Positions 14,136 through 26,383 of a stretch of 64,000 nucleotides of DNA are shown in pieces; position 1 is the stretch's first letter, and every line of letters begins with the position of its first letter. The position numbers and the translations under genes were made by a program. Under the pieces are notes generated by a model. The model ran no database searches, was not told the DNA's origin, and saw only the letters and a list, made by a program, of their open reading frames with translations. This DNA comes from Octopus vulgaris (Eukaryota), in the NCBI GenBank assembly GCA_951406725.2, contig OX597819.1, positions 125,364,001 through 125,428,000 of the forward strand, read 5' to 3'.

Positions 14136-14972
14136 CTAAATTTTTTTTAAATGGATAAATATGTCACTAATTTGTAAAAGTAGGAATTGCATTATATTTG
14201 AGATTGTATTGTTGTGAAGTAAATAATGGACTTATCTTTTTTATCTACCTTGTGTCAATCAATCTACTTTTTGATCATCTTCACTGACCGCATTCCTTCT
14301 CTCCCTCTCTCTCTCTCTCTATCACACACACACACACACACACACATTTTTTATTTAGGATTGATCTAAAGATCTCTTATTTTATAACCATGGTTTTAAT
14401 ACAATTAATTGCTATGATATTGTACCAATCAAAATGTATCGTATGTAGAAACATTTAAAAAGTATTTTTTTATAGTTTAGCTAATCCATACTTCTCTAGT
14501 AATAATGCATTAAAAAAAAACAGATATTTAATCACAGGTGTTATAACTTGAACCATATTTATGTAATATAAATTACAGTGAAGTATTCAACTAGTGTGTG
14601 GGTAATACTTTTTTGTTGGTTATTTTTGTAGACAGAAAGAATACTAAGTGTATATCTTGTTGTATTTGGGGATGGTCATGTTGCCAGTTTAGTCAATAAA
14701 AACACACGCACTATGTATTTGGTGTTCACTTGCTTCAGCTTTATTTTATATGAATTGTATTTCAGCCAGAATTCTTTCATCACACTGCTGTGACCTCATC
14801 AGTGGTCCTTTGCTTTCTTCTTTCTTTTTTGTGTGTCTCTTCTTACTAATGACCTGCCAATCAGTAGGTCATTGGCTAAACTGGCAACATGACCATCGCC
14901 AAATACAACAATATCTGTTTCAACACACGAATTCACATCAAGAATCTTGCAAAACAAATATATAAATGTAAA

Positions 14973-15531
14973 TCATCATCATCATCATCATTAATGTCCA
15001 CTTCCCATGCTAGCATGGGTTGGACGATTTTGACTGAGGACTGGCGAACCAGATGGCTGCACCAGGCTTCAATCTTGTTCTGGCAGAGTTTCTACAGCTG
15101 GATGCCCTTCCTCATGCCAACCACTCCGAGAGTGTAGTGAGTGCTTTTACGTGCCACTGGCACGGGGCCAGTCAGGCGGTGCTGGCAACAACCTCGCTTG
15201 AATCTTTTACACATGCCACCGGCACGGGTGCCAGTAAGGTGACGCTGGTAACGATCACGCTTGAATGGTGCCTTTTAAGTGTCACTGGCACAGAAGCCGG
15301 TTAGCTGCTCTGTCAATGATCACACTCATATGGTGCTCTTAATACCCTACTAGCACAGGGCTCGAGTGCCAGTAGTGCGACACTGGTAACGATCACGCTC
15401 GAATGGTGCCTTTTAAGTTCCACTGGCACAGAAGCCAGTTGGCTGCTCTGTCAATGATCACACTCGTATGGTGCTCTTGGCACCCCACTTGCACGGACAC
15501 CAGTCATCGAATTTGATTTTGATTTTTGATT
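14973..15531 (-). mobile_element. Family B long copy (same 5' end and module array as 53567)
   Basis: Reverse complement match over the full length. Confidence 0.85.
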
Positions 15532-15900
15532 TTGTGTAGTAAAATCTTGATGTACTAAGGAACAGTTGATGGTTCATTCTATTGCTACATACATACATTT
15601 ACGCATACATAAATATACATGTGTGCGTGTCAGATAGAATAGAATCAATGAAACTGGTGGCAGTCTGCAGCAACAAGTCTTGCAGCTCTTGGGAAAAGAA
15701 TACATAAAATGGAGGCAGAATCTTTTTTTTTTTTTTCTGTATGTAAGCATATAGATATGTAAATAAACAGATCAATATACAGACGGATAGGTATTTAGAC
15801 TATATGAACAGACACATATGGAGACACAGATCCACACATATAAAGATGCACATCCATCCATACATACAAACATGGTACATAGTTGCATAACACACACACA

Positions 15901-16025
15901 CACACAGACATGCACACACAAGGAGACAGAGGTGCATACATATACAAACACATGTTCACACACACAGACGTGCACACACAAGGAGACAGAGGTGCATACA
16001 TATACAAACACATGTTCACACACAC
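15901..16025. repeat. 60-bp tandem duplication within a CA/TA-rich tract (15800-16230)
   Basis: 15901-15960 and 15961-16020 differ at one position. Confidence 0.9.
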
Positions 16026-16713
16026 ATACATAGAAAATACACAAACACGGACATGCAAACACATAAATATGCAGAATACATACATACAGATGCACACACA
16101 TACATACATATATACATATGCATACACACACATATATACATACATACACATGCAAACACACACATACATACGTACATGCATGCATGTATAGGCACACACA
16201 CACACACACTGACCCACACACATGTGCACAAACAAACAAAAGGGAACGCAGTGTAAATAACGGACAGAGTCAAAACTATTGAAAAGGTTGCAAGATGCAA
16301 CGAAAATTTTAGGACAATAAAAATAAGAAAAAAGTGGAAATTTTACCGGTGAGTGTGTTATATTATAAGGCACAAAAAGAAAATGACTCTCCCCAGACAC
16401 AATAGAATCTTTTTGTATTTAAGTTTAAAGAAATATACGTAAAATGAAAAAATTAACTACACTAAAACCAGTATCAACTGCAAGCCTTAAACCCATATTA
16501 CTAATAAGTTTAATGAGGTTTTAGTCTAAATTCATGGCCATTCATAATGCATATGATTAAGAGCCCATCATCTCTTCAAAGGCCTCTGTTCAAGCCAGGA
16601 AGTTTGTTTTTTTTGTTTTTTTTTAATGTAATCATGCTAAAATGTAAATTGTAATTGTAATTTTTCATAGTTAAGTGCTATTATATATTCTTGGAGAAAC
16701 ATCAAATAAATCA

Positions 16714-16744
<31 letters not shown>

Positions 16745-17184
16745 CTGAAGCTGAATTGTGAAAAACAAAAAAGGATTTTCCTCCATACATAATTATTTTG
16801 ATATCAAATTCACTGACAGGCACAATAGTGTTGGCAAAAGCTGAAGCTTCGAGAAGAGGTTTTAGTAATGGAAGGAGAGAGAAAAAAAAAATCAATAATA
16901 TTGAACTGGGGGGAAAATTTACAATGTTGTTTGTCACTAATGCTGTAAAACCGTTCTATTATTGACAGAGCATTGTTCCATAAAGGGATACATCTAACGT
17001 ATTTGTTTGTAAGTAAAATTGCGTCTGGGATGCATTTGCAAAGCCGTTCTTAATTCAATTTGTGGAGAGTTGATTAAGTTTGCATGGAGGGGGAAAAACA
17101 GATATTCTACTGTATGATCAGTATTAAGGATGGTAGCTATATCTTTAGCTTCTGGTTTACAAGAGTTGTATGTATTGGTACCTC

Positions 17185-17545
17185 TCTTTACTCTTTTACT
17201 TGTTTCAGTCATTTGACTGCAGCCATGCTGGAGCACTGCCTTTAGTCGAGCAAATCAACCCCGGGACTTATTCTTTGTAAGCCCAGTACTTATTCTATCG
17301 GTCTCTTTTGCCGAACCGCTAAGTGACGGGGACGTAAACACACCAGCATCGATTGTCAAGCAATGCTAGGGGGACAAACACAGACACACATACATATATA
17401 TACATATACACGACAGGCTTCGTTCAGTTTCCATCTACCAAATCCACTCACGAGGCATTGGTCAGCCCGGGGCTATAGCAGAAGACACTTGCCCAAGATG
17501 CCACGCAGTGGGACTGAACCCAAAACCACACAGCTACTCCTGCAC
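17185..17545 (-). mobile_element. SINE family A
   Basis: Matches family A with a small deletion in the head. Confidence 0.85.
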
Positions 17546-18853
17546 CTACCATATATTTTTTATAAATATTAGAAATGCACTGGAATGACTGTTCATTTGT
17601 TTTGTTTTGTTGTTTTTGTCAAAGCTATCAAAGTTTTTAGTCTTTTCTAATGAAAGAAAGACTTTTTATTTACCATATTGTAATGCTTGCAATGCTTTTG
17701 TAGACTTTCCAGAAAATAACTCATTTTACCAAATTTAAAGAAATTTGTTTGGCTCAGGATCTTTATTTACAGAAGGAATTCTTCTTGATTAAACATTTCA
17801 GGATTGTCTTTTAGATGGAATGGAATGAGATTATTTTAGGTGGACTGTTCCATATTCCACTAGAATTTACCTGACTTTACAAGAAATAATGTGTGTGTGT
17901 GTGTGTGTGCGTGTGCATGCTTGCCTGCATGTGTGCGTGCATTTGTAAACAACTGAGTGTCAAATGGAACATTTGAATATTCCGACAAGCTTACTTGGGT
18001 TTACTGGTTGGCCATTGAACCATTTTGTGCAAAATTTAAATAGAAAAAAGAAAGTAAAAAATTTGATGGTGAGAAAGAAGAAAATTAAAAAAAAAGATAG
18101 GAATATATATGTTAAAGAAATAAATAATAAAATAAAATAACATAACATGTAAATAAATGTTAATGATTTTGTTTGATGTTTGAATATATGAATAAGAACA
18201 GGAAATGATAAACTAAAAGAAAGTTAGCAAAAGAATTTTTCTACAAGACTACATATTTAAATATATACATATTTAAATATATATATATATAAAACAACAG
18301 CAACAACGTAAAATGCAAATGTGCAGTTTAGCAAAAGAATGTAGGGCAGATAATTCAAAGATACAAAGGAAAGGATATTAAAATTCTTTGGTATGGTAAG
18401 TTAAAGAAAGGTTAAAATATGTTAGCAAAAAAAGCTGCTTACAACAAAGAAGGTCAAAGCACCCTACTAGCATAGTTCTTATCATTCAAATCTGCAATGT
18501 AAGATGTTATAATAGAAAAAAAACGGTAATTTTATTCCAAGCCTCAAATGCATTAAACGAAAGAGCTGAACAACTAAATTTCATGCAGCCACATTTCTAA
18601 ATATTTACTTCATTATTTTCTTCCTTTTGATTTCCTTCCAGGAATCGGTCTCTCTTGTTCTATTTTCCATTCCCCTTGTGTATGTGTGTACACATACACA
18701 CACACACACACACGCCAGTAAAATTGTTTTGTCCTAATAATATTGTCCAATCAAAATATCAGTTTTGTGTTCCATACTTTATTAACATTCACAACTTGGG
18801 AGCAAGAGACTCATTTAATGCCCATTTTCCATGCTGGAATGGGTTAGACGTAT

Positions 18854-19742
18854 ACAGGGTGTCTTAGCTAAATTTGACACTTTGCCTAAAAGGGAAAAAG
18901 ATGATATGCTATCTAAAGATAAAAGTATCTTTTAAAAAATCAAAAAACATCAACTAGATTATGGCTGGGAATAAGTTTACTCAAGCCACAATGGCTCCAA
19001 GACAACTCCAGAGCCTGCTGCATGCATTCTTTACTGTGTCCTTGAGAAGATCTTCAAATGCATTCTTGATTTTGACCACTAGCTCAACCTTGGTGACCAG
19101 CTCAAACCTTGATGTTGCAGACAGAGCAGTTGACATCTTTCTCAACCTGGCCTCACATATTGTAATTCATGGAGTTGTAATCAGGGAGATCGGAAGCCAG
19201 AAATTGGAGCTGGTGAAGTCATAGAAATTCTCCAACAATCACTTCTAACTCTTTTCTGGTAGTATAGCTAAAAGCTGAATCCCTCTTCCATGTTCATGAT
19301 CTCCCAGTAGCAACCTTTTCCAGTCAAGGATTGATCACCAACTCTAGCAGGTTCACATAGCCATCTGAGTTAAGGCTAAGGCCCTGTTTTCAAATATGTG
19401 GCAATGAATCCCAGCATGCAGATGCAATCGGAACGTCTGTTGTATCCTTTCTCTGGCCATGACCTTCATAGTCTCCTTTGCAGCTGTCCATGTCACATCT
19501 TACTTCGCAGGGTTCATAGAGCATCTAGCAGTGGTTATGATGCCAGCATTTTGCTACCAGGCATTAAGCATCACGATATAGGTAACTCTTTTCAAATATT
19601 CAGATGGCTTGGAGTCCTCCTTGTCAGCTAACTTTTTCTCAATTACAATTTTAATCTTTATGCTTTTCAATGCCATTGACTGTACAGCAATACATGAAGC
19701 TGGTTCTGAGAAAAATTGCCAAACTTAGCCTGAACACTTTGT
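18854..19742 (-). mobile_element. Heavily decayed Tc1/mariner-superfamily relic
   Basis: Starts TA|cagggtgtc, ends ...gaacactttg; internal minus-strand sequence has transposase-like fragments with many stops and frameshifts. Confidence 0.55.
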
Positions 19743-19869
19743 GTGTGTGTGATATACATTGTCACTTAACATACAAAGAAAAGTTCTTATCTTTGCTGTT
19801 ATATTTTATAAACAAGAGGAATCATAGTTAAGTTTATTAATATCTGGATCTTAACCTCACACCCCTTAA

Positions 19870-20089
19870 CCTTTTTGTTACTGTATTTCTGTTGAGATGC
19901 TCTGTGTTTCTTTCAATTACTTTAAATATAACAAAGAATTTCGTAAAATGACTTGGTTATCATTAAGCTAGTGTTAGGAACATAAATTGTGACTAAGGTT
20001 TGATGGAAGATTTTAATTCAAAACTTTTGAAAACAGGACATTTGTACTCAGATCCAGAGCCAGTTTCAGCCGGGTGGGTAACGAAAGGG
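19870..20089. mobile_element. piggyBac-type MITE
   Basis: TTAA|cctttttgttact ... ggtaacgaaaggg|TTAA: short imperfect TIRs with a TTAA duplication. Confidence 0.8.
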
Positions 20090-20431
20090 TTAATGCAGTG
20101 AAGCTGTGAAGGCATGACAGCTACACAAAGTGATGCCTACATTCCAGTATTTTGAGTGGCATTTTATTTTTTATATGCCAAAAAAAAAAACATCTAGACT
20201 TTGGTAAGATTTGAACTCATAACATGAAGAGCTGGAGTAAATAACCACCTTGCATTTTGTTTGATTCTCAAGCAATTCTTTCAATATTATAGGGGTAAAA
20301 ACATTTCAGTATAAATATTTATATTTTAAATTAATAAAACAAAGTTTCTAAATTTTAAGATTTTTTATTTTATTTTAAAAGTGATTGTATTGAATAAAGT
20401 TCATCTTTTTTTTTGTTTTCTCTTTTTACAG

Positions 20432-20681
20432 GACAGTGGCTCTTATCCTTCAAGAACTTATATCCACTGAACGAGATTACGTACAAGCTTTAAAATTGAT
20501 TGTCGATAACTACATACCTGAAATAACCAAGGAGGAAGTTCCTCATGCTCTTCGAGGCAAAAGAAGTATTATTTTTGGTAATATTGAAAAGATCTATGAA
20601 TTCCATAACCAGTATTTCTTGCAAGAACTGGAGACTTGCAAACATTACCCATTTCAGATTGCTCAAATTTTCCTTTCACAT
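20432..20681 (+). CDS. PLEKHG4: RhoGEF exon: start of DH domain
   Basis: Long polypyrimidine tract + cag; TVALILQELISTERDYVQALKLIVDNY...IFGNIEKIYEFHNQYFLQELE; donor cat|gtaaga. Confidence 0.95.
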
Positions 20682-20832
20682 GTAAGAAATTTTTTTTCTG
20701 TTATAATCTCATACCATTCTTTGTAAAGCGTAGTTTGGTTTATGTCTGTTTTTCAGTTGTATTAATTTGTCTATTGAGCTAATTAGGTTTGTTAATTATC
20801 AAGTTTAAATACAGTTTAAATCAAGTTTAAAT

Positions 20833-21225
20833 AGGTGCAGGAGTGGCTGTGTGGTAAGTAGCTTGCTAACCAACCACATGGTTCTGGGTTCAATCCCACT
20901 GCGTGGCATCTTGGGCAAGTGTCTTCTACTATAGCCCCGGGCCGACCAATGCCTTGTGAGTAGATTTGGTAGATGGAAACTGAAAGAAGCTTGTCGTATA
21001 TATAAGTGTGTGTGTATATGTTTGTGTGTCTGTGTTTGTCCCCCTAGCATTGCTTGACAACCGATGCTGGTGTGTGTTTACGTCCCCGTCACTTAGCGGT
21101 TCAGCAAAAGAGACTGATAGAATAAGTACTGGGCATACAAAGAATAAGTCCCGGGGTCGATTTGCTCGACTAAAGGCAGTGCTCCAGCATGGCCAGTCAA
21201 ATGACTGAAACAAGTAAAAGAGTAA
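20833..21225 (+). mobile_element. SINE family A (tRNA-headed, CORE-like segment, internal TA/TG microsatellite), full-length copy
   Basis: A-box-like tggctgtgtgg, B-box-like ggttcaatccc, then cttgggcaagtgtctt (resembles the CORE motif), tail aagtaaaagagtaa. Many near-identical copies in window. Confidence 0.85.
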
Positions 21226-21367
21226 ACCATACTGTGTAAAGCTTAGTTTGGTTTATGTCTGTTTTTCAGTTGTATTAATTTGTTTGTTGAGCTAATTAAG
21301 GTTTGTTAATTATCAAGTTTAACTCTTTTACTTAGTACCTCAAAATGCATATGTAGGTATAAATAAT

Positions 21368-21566
21368 ACTGACTGACTGACTTGACAGCATTCACCTGGG
21401 GTGGGTTGAGCTGGCTTCATTCATCCTCAATGCTGCATCTCTCACAAACGCCGACCAGACCTGGCAATTTGAGGCTAACGACCGCGTGATCTCCAACCAC
21501 TCCTTATTCCAGCGGTGAACACTGTAGATATGGGGGCCTAGGTTGGGTTCCAGATCAGCCTTGACT
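21368..21566 (-). mobile_element. RTE-clade LINE 3' end with (AGTC)n tail
   Basis: Minus strand VKADLEPNLGPHIYSVHRWNKEWLEITRSLASNCQVWSAFVRD..., then a short UTR and tandem tail, as in RTE ORF C-termini. Confidence 0.7.
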
Positions 21567-22856
21567 GATCCTTCAAATATTCCTCATGCATAAATAAATA
21601 GCTCATAATATAGGCACAGATGTAAGCTGTGTGGAAAATGCTTTCTTCTCAACCATGTGATTCTGGGTTCAACCCTCCTGCGTGGTACCTTGGGCAAGTT
21701 TCTTCAATATATATACTATTTTCACACCGGTGGCTGCTATGATTCGGTACAAAATGAATCAGTTGCAGCACCGACTTTAATGTTATGGGTTGGGGCTCTC
21801 CATGTTATGCCAGTCCAGAAATCGGTCCAAATACTTGAATGTATGCTGAGAGATTGTCTTGGCCCATTTGCCTTCGGACAGTTGATTCCTGTAGTTATTA
21901 TCAGTGTATTTTGGCAATCTAAATCAGAGTTTTGACTATTATTCCCAGCAGGTAGACATACTTAGTATGTCCTTTGATTAATTTTAATCCTTCAGCTATA
22001 TGTGTGTGTGTAATTAAACAATTTTCATTTTATCAAAAATAAGTCACAAAGTTATATAGCTATTTTGTCTAGCATTCATTCATTCAATAAATAATTTTTT
22101 TAAATTTCATATATAGAATAAACTGTAGGTTTTGTAAATAGAGAATTAAAACTTGAAATGAATATATGTTAAATTATCATTAATGAAGATAGAGGCAAGT
22201 GAGAGTGAGAGACTGTTGCAAATAAAAATGGAAGATTTCACCTACAACAAATTAATATTGCTTATTAAATCTACACTGCAGTAAATGCAATGAATATTTA
22301 AATTTGCGAAAAACTTTTCATTTAAATATTCAATAAAATTCAGAAATCGAAATTACAGGAAATTTCTTGGAACATGAATTTATAAAAAAATTTCAAGACA
22401 GTCAAACCTTTAAGAATTGCTTTCTTTTAGTAACTGTTACATACCTAATTAATAAGCAGAATGATGTTGAACCAGTTTAAAAAATTTTAAATAACCATCT
22501 TAATTTTATTACACATGACAATTTATCCACCATCCCATGCATACACACACTATGAGAAACCCTGCTCTAAGTAACAACCGGGTGAAATCACTGATATCAA
22601 AAGGATTGGAACATCCACTGATGTTGTGGAGTGGTTAACACATTCTCTTTTGAAAAAAATCTATAGTATAGTTAATGAATACTTAAAATGCCATGCACTG
22701 CTTTGGTTGGGGTAGGAGCTATTATGCTATAAGATGACCCTTACAAAATACACACTACTTTGGAAGTATGCTAAATCTGCTGGTGCACTACAAGGAGTAT
22801 TTAAATGTACCATGGATTTTTAAATCTTCAGAAATCCATATCAATTTTACACATAT

Positions 22857-23238
22857 CATCATCATCATCGTTTAACGTCCGTTTTCTGTGGTAGCATGGG
22901 TTGAATGGTTCGACCAGGGTCTGGGAAGCCAGGAGGCTGCACCAGGCTCCAGTCTGATCTGGCAGTGTTTCTACAGCTGGATGCCCTTCCTAACGTCAAC
23001 CACTCTGTGAGTGTAGTGGGTGCTTTTTACGTGCCACCGGCACAAAAGCCAGTCAAGGCGGCGCTGGCATCGGCCACGTTCGGATGGTGCTTTTTATGTG
23101 CCACTGGCACAGGTATCACAACTACAATTTCCATTTGATATTTATTTTGATGTTGATGTACTTGACTCAATAGGTCTCCTCAAGCACAGCAGGTCATGTG
23201 CCACTGGCACAGAAGCCAGTCAAGGCGGCGCTGGCATA
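22857..23238 (-). mobile_element. Family B, second subfamily
   Basis: Shares tail and modules; 5' segment atggaaattgtagttgtgat shared with the 30188 and 60735 copies. Confidence 0.8.
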
Positions 23239-23755
23239 AAATAAACAATAGTTTTCATTTTTTCTTTCTAAATTTAACTTCAAAACAGTTTGCTTTGGTT
23301 TTATTTTTGTTTTGCTTTCGTTTTTTGTTTCTTTGTTGTTGTTTGTTTTACTTTCCATATAAAGAACACCAGTATTATTGACCTGACATATGATATGTGT
23401 CACAAAGTCAGAAAGATTCAAAATAGAAATTTGAAAATGTAGTCACAGATGTTTGTAGAGAAAACTGGATGGTCTTTGTTGGAACGTCTTTCATCCTAAG
23501 TCTACTTGATTAAAGCAACTGGATTTTACCAAGTTTTTTTTTAAACAGAACTTTAAAAAAAATATTGGTCAGCTTAAGGTTGTCAGTGATAATTAGGTAA
23601 TTAATTCCATGAATTACTTAAAATGTAAGACGGCCAGCTATATTTCCAGTAGACATGTATACTCTTAATATTTTGTATATGTATTTATACATTAAAAACA
23701 AACAAAAAAATTATTTTTGTTGTTCTTATAATTTGTTTGATCATTTAACTTCTAG

Positions 23756-23845
23756 GAAGAACATTTTTACCTCTATGCTCTGTACAACAAAAACAAACCA
23801 AAATCCGATCATTTAATGGCAGAACATGGCACGGAATTTTTTCGA
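23756..23845 (+). CDS. PLEKHG4: RhoGEF exon: DH domain (EEHFYLYALYNKNKPKSDHLMAEHGTEFFR)
   Basis: tctag acceptor, gtaagt donor, 90 nt, phase 0/0; DH motif LYALYxKNKPKSD. Confidence 0.93.
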
Positions 23846-24227
23846 GTAAGTCTAGCATTTTTACCTCATAATATTTCTTCTGTTTTAAAAAATTTTTTTA
23901 AACTGTTCATTGCATTTTCTTTTATTGTTTGTTTGTTCTCTTCTTCCTTTTTGTCAGCTGATAATAAATAAAGGTCATTTGCATTTTTAAATTTAGTTGT
24001 TTATTAAAAGCTTTTTCCCCAATTTAAAAAAAATTCTTATAAGCATCTTACTGTTTGTACCCCATAGGAGCAGATATGTTGAGTCCCTGTGTCTAGTCAA
24101 AATAAATCACCCTAATGAGATAAACTTATAATTACTTAAAGAGACAGAAACAGCAAAAAGCATTGGTGGATTGATATAGGGTTGAAACTTGGTTGCAGAA
24201 ATAATTTGCTGTTGTCATTTATTTATA

Positions 24228-24460
24228 TATCTTTACTACCCACAAGAGGCTAAACACAGAGGGAACAAACAAAGACAGACAAACGGATTAAGTCGATTAC
24301 ATCGACCCCAGTGCATAACTACTACTTAATTTATCGACCCCGAAAGGATGAAAGGCAAAGTCGACCTCGGTGGAATTTGAACCCAGAACGTAACGGCAGA
24401 CGAAATACGGCTACGCATCTCGCCCGGCGTGCTAACGTTTCTGCCAGCTCACCGCCTTTA
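24228..24460 (-). mobile_element. SINE family C with TSD gttgtcatttatt
   Basis: Family match; duplication at 24211-24223 and 24463-24475. Confidence 0.88.
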
Positions 24461-24581
24461 CAGTTGTCATTTATTGTTGTGAAAACAAGTTCACAAAAGA
24501 AATAGATTTAATAAGAATGGTAAACTGCTTATAAAATGTTTTATTTTGCTTAACTGTTATTTGTATTTCTTCTATTTTAAG

Positions 24582-24725
24582 ATCAAACAGAATGAACTTA
24601 AAGACAAGATGAATTTGTCCAGTTACCTTCTCCGGCCAGTTCAAAGAATGGGGAAGTATGCTCTGTTGCTAAAACAAATGATAAAAGCTTGCCCAGAAAC
24701 AGAGACTGAATATAATGATCTGAAG
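24582..24725 (+). CDS. PLEKHG4: RhoGEF exon: DH domain (IKQNELKDKMNLSSYLLRPVQRMGKYALLLKQM...)
   Basis: ttaag acceptor, aag|gtaggg donor, 144 nt; conserved DH CR3 motif. Confidence 0.95.
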
Positions 24726-24767
24726 GTAGGGAACAGTATAGTAATATCCATCACTAATCATCATTAC

Positions 24768-25190
24768 ATCATCATCATCAACATTGTTTAACATCCGCTT
24801 TCCATGCTGGCACGGGTTGGATGGTTTGACTGATGGCTGGCGAGCCAGAACGCTGCTACAGTCTCCAATCTGATCTGGCAAAGTTCCTACAGCTGGATGC
24901 CCTTCCTAATGCCAACCACTCTGAGAGTGTAGTGGGTGCTTTTACGTGCCACTGGCATGAGGGCCAGTCAGGCAGTACTGGCATCGGCCATGCTCAAATG
25001 GTGCTTTTTACATGCCACCTGCACAAGAGCCAGTCTGGCGGCACTGGCAATGACCATGTTCGAATGGTGCTTTTTTTATGTGCCACCGGCATGGGAGCCA
25101 GTCAGTGGCCCTGGCAATGATCACACTCGAATGGTGCTTCTAACGTTCCACTGGCACGAGTGCCAATCAGGCAGTACTGGCATCAGCCAC
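24768..25190 (-). mobile_element. Family B multi-module copy
   Basis: Tail plus 4-5 modules. Confidence 0.8.
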
Positions 25191-25868
25191 AAACTGACAA
25201 ATATCTCTCACTTCACTGAAAACAGAAGTTTTGGTTCTTAACCTTTTGAACCTACAAGTACACTTTAGAAAATGTGATTTCGTTTGACTACACTCTTTGA
25301 AGACACCAAAGCAGATGGCCACGTAGATATGTATTTACAACTGAAAATAACAATGTAGTTTGATACGGGAGAAAGAAATACAAAACGCCTTACCTGTTGA
25401 CCTCGGTGGAATCAGCGGTCACTCTCACAAATTAAACACGTCTTGCCTCTCTTCCTTCTCAGCTCAAACTACCCACATGTGCTTCCTGACCACACGTGCT
25501 TCCTGCCCACGCATGCCCCTTTCACTCTTCTGTCGGTCCCTGCAGTCTTCACTTCCCTTTTGACTCATCTTCCATCCTCTCCACCAACACCACATAGCTC
25601 ATCACAGCCTATAACACCACTAACACCACACAATGTTTCTGTTATAAACGCAAAATCAGTTTTTGTTTCTTCCAGGAATATAGTCAAATGAAACTGCACA
25701 TGCCAAAGTGTATTGATGGATTCAAAGGGGCCAAACAGTTTTTTAGACTGTAACTGTAAATGTTTTCTTAATTCGTAATCATCATCATCATCGTTTAACA
25801 TCCGTTCTCCATGCTAGCATGGAATCAATTTATCTAAATAACTAAATTATAATGTTCTTAACTTTCAG

Positions 25869-25946
25869 TCTGCTGAAGAAATGGTGAAATTCCATCTACG
25901 TCATGGCAATGATCTGTTGGCTATGGATTCTCTGAAAGAATGTGAT
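25869..25946 (+). CDS. PLEKHG4: RhoGEF exon: end of DH (SAEEMVKFHLRHGNDLLAMDSLKECD)
   Basis: tttcag acceptor, gtaagt donor, 78 nt; FxLRHGNDLLAMD is characteristic of the PLEKHG4 family. Confidence 0.95.
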
Positions 25947-26124
25947 GTAAGTTAAGACTCAAATAATGCATTGAAAATATCTAAACTTCTTTCATCTGCT
26001 TCTACACTTCTTTCTTTCCAAAATATTGAGTTTCCACCTTATTTCAACTCTCCAAATATGTCAGGTCTTGTTTTGTGAAGGTGTAAAACGTAGTCTTTGT
26101 ACAATATTAGGAACATGAAGTTAA

Positions 26125-26383
26125 TGTTGTGTGTGTTTATTGAGCGAAAACACCTAAAGCTCCACCAGGCTCGGGCAGGGGGGGGTGGCGACCCCTGTTG
26201 TACTCTTTCGCCCCAACTTTCTCTCACTCTTTCTTCTTGTTTCTTGTCTCTGAATTCATACGCAACCGCTGAGCCTGGATGCGCATTCATTCATCCGTCG
26301 ATGCTCTCAGTGTCGGGGGTTGACCTGCTTTCTCTTCTGCAGGTCTTACGAATAGCAAAGGACCACGTTTCGGACTTCTCCCA
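26125..26383 (+). mobile_element. SINE family D, 5'-truncated
   Basis: Highly similar to 55846-56106. Confidence 0.75.

Noticed and set aside
14973-15531. Regularly spaced repeats in family B as a CRISPR-like array
   Set aside because: The inter-repeat segments are homologous to each other, there are no cas genes, and the context is a eukaryotic retroposon.
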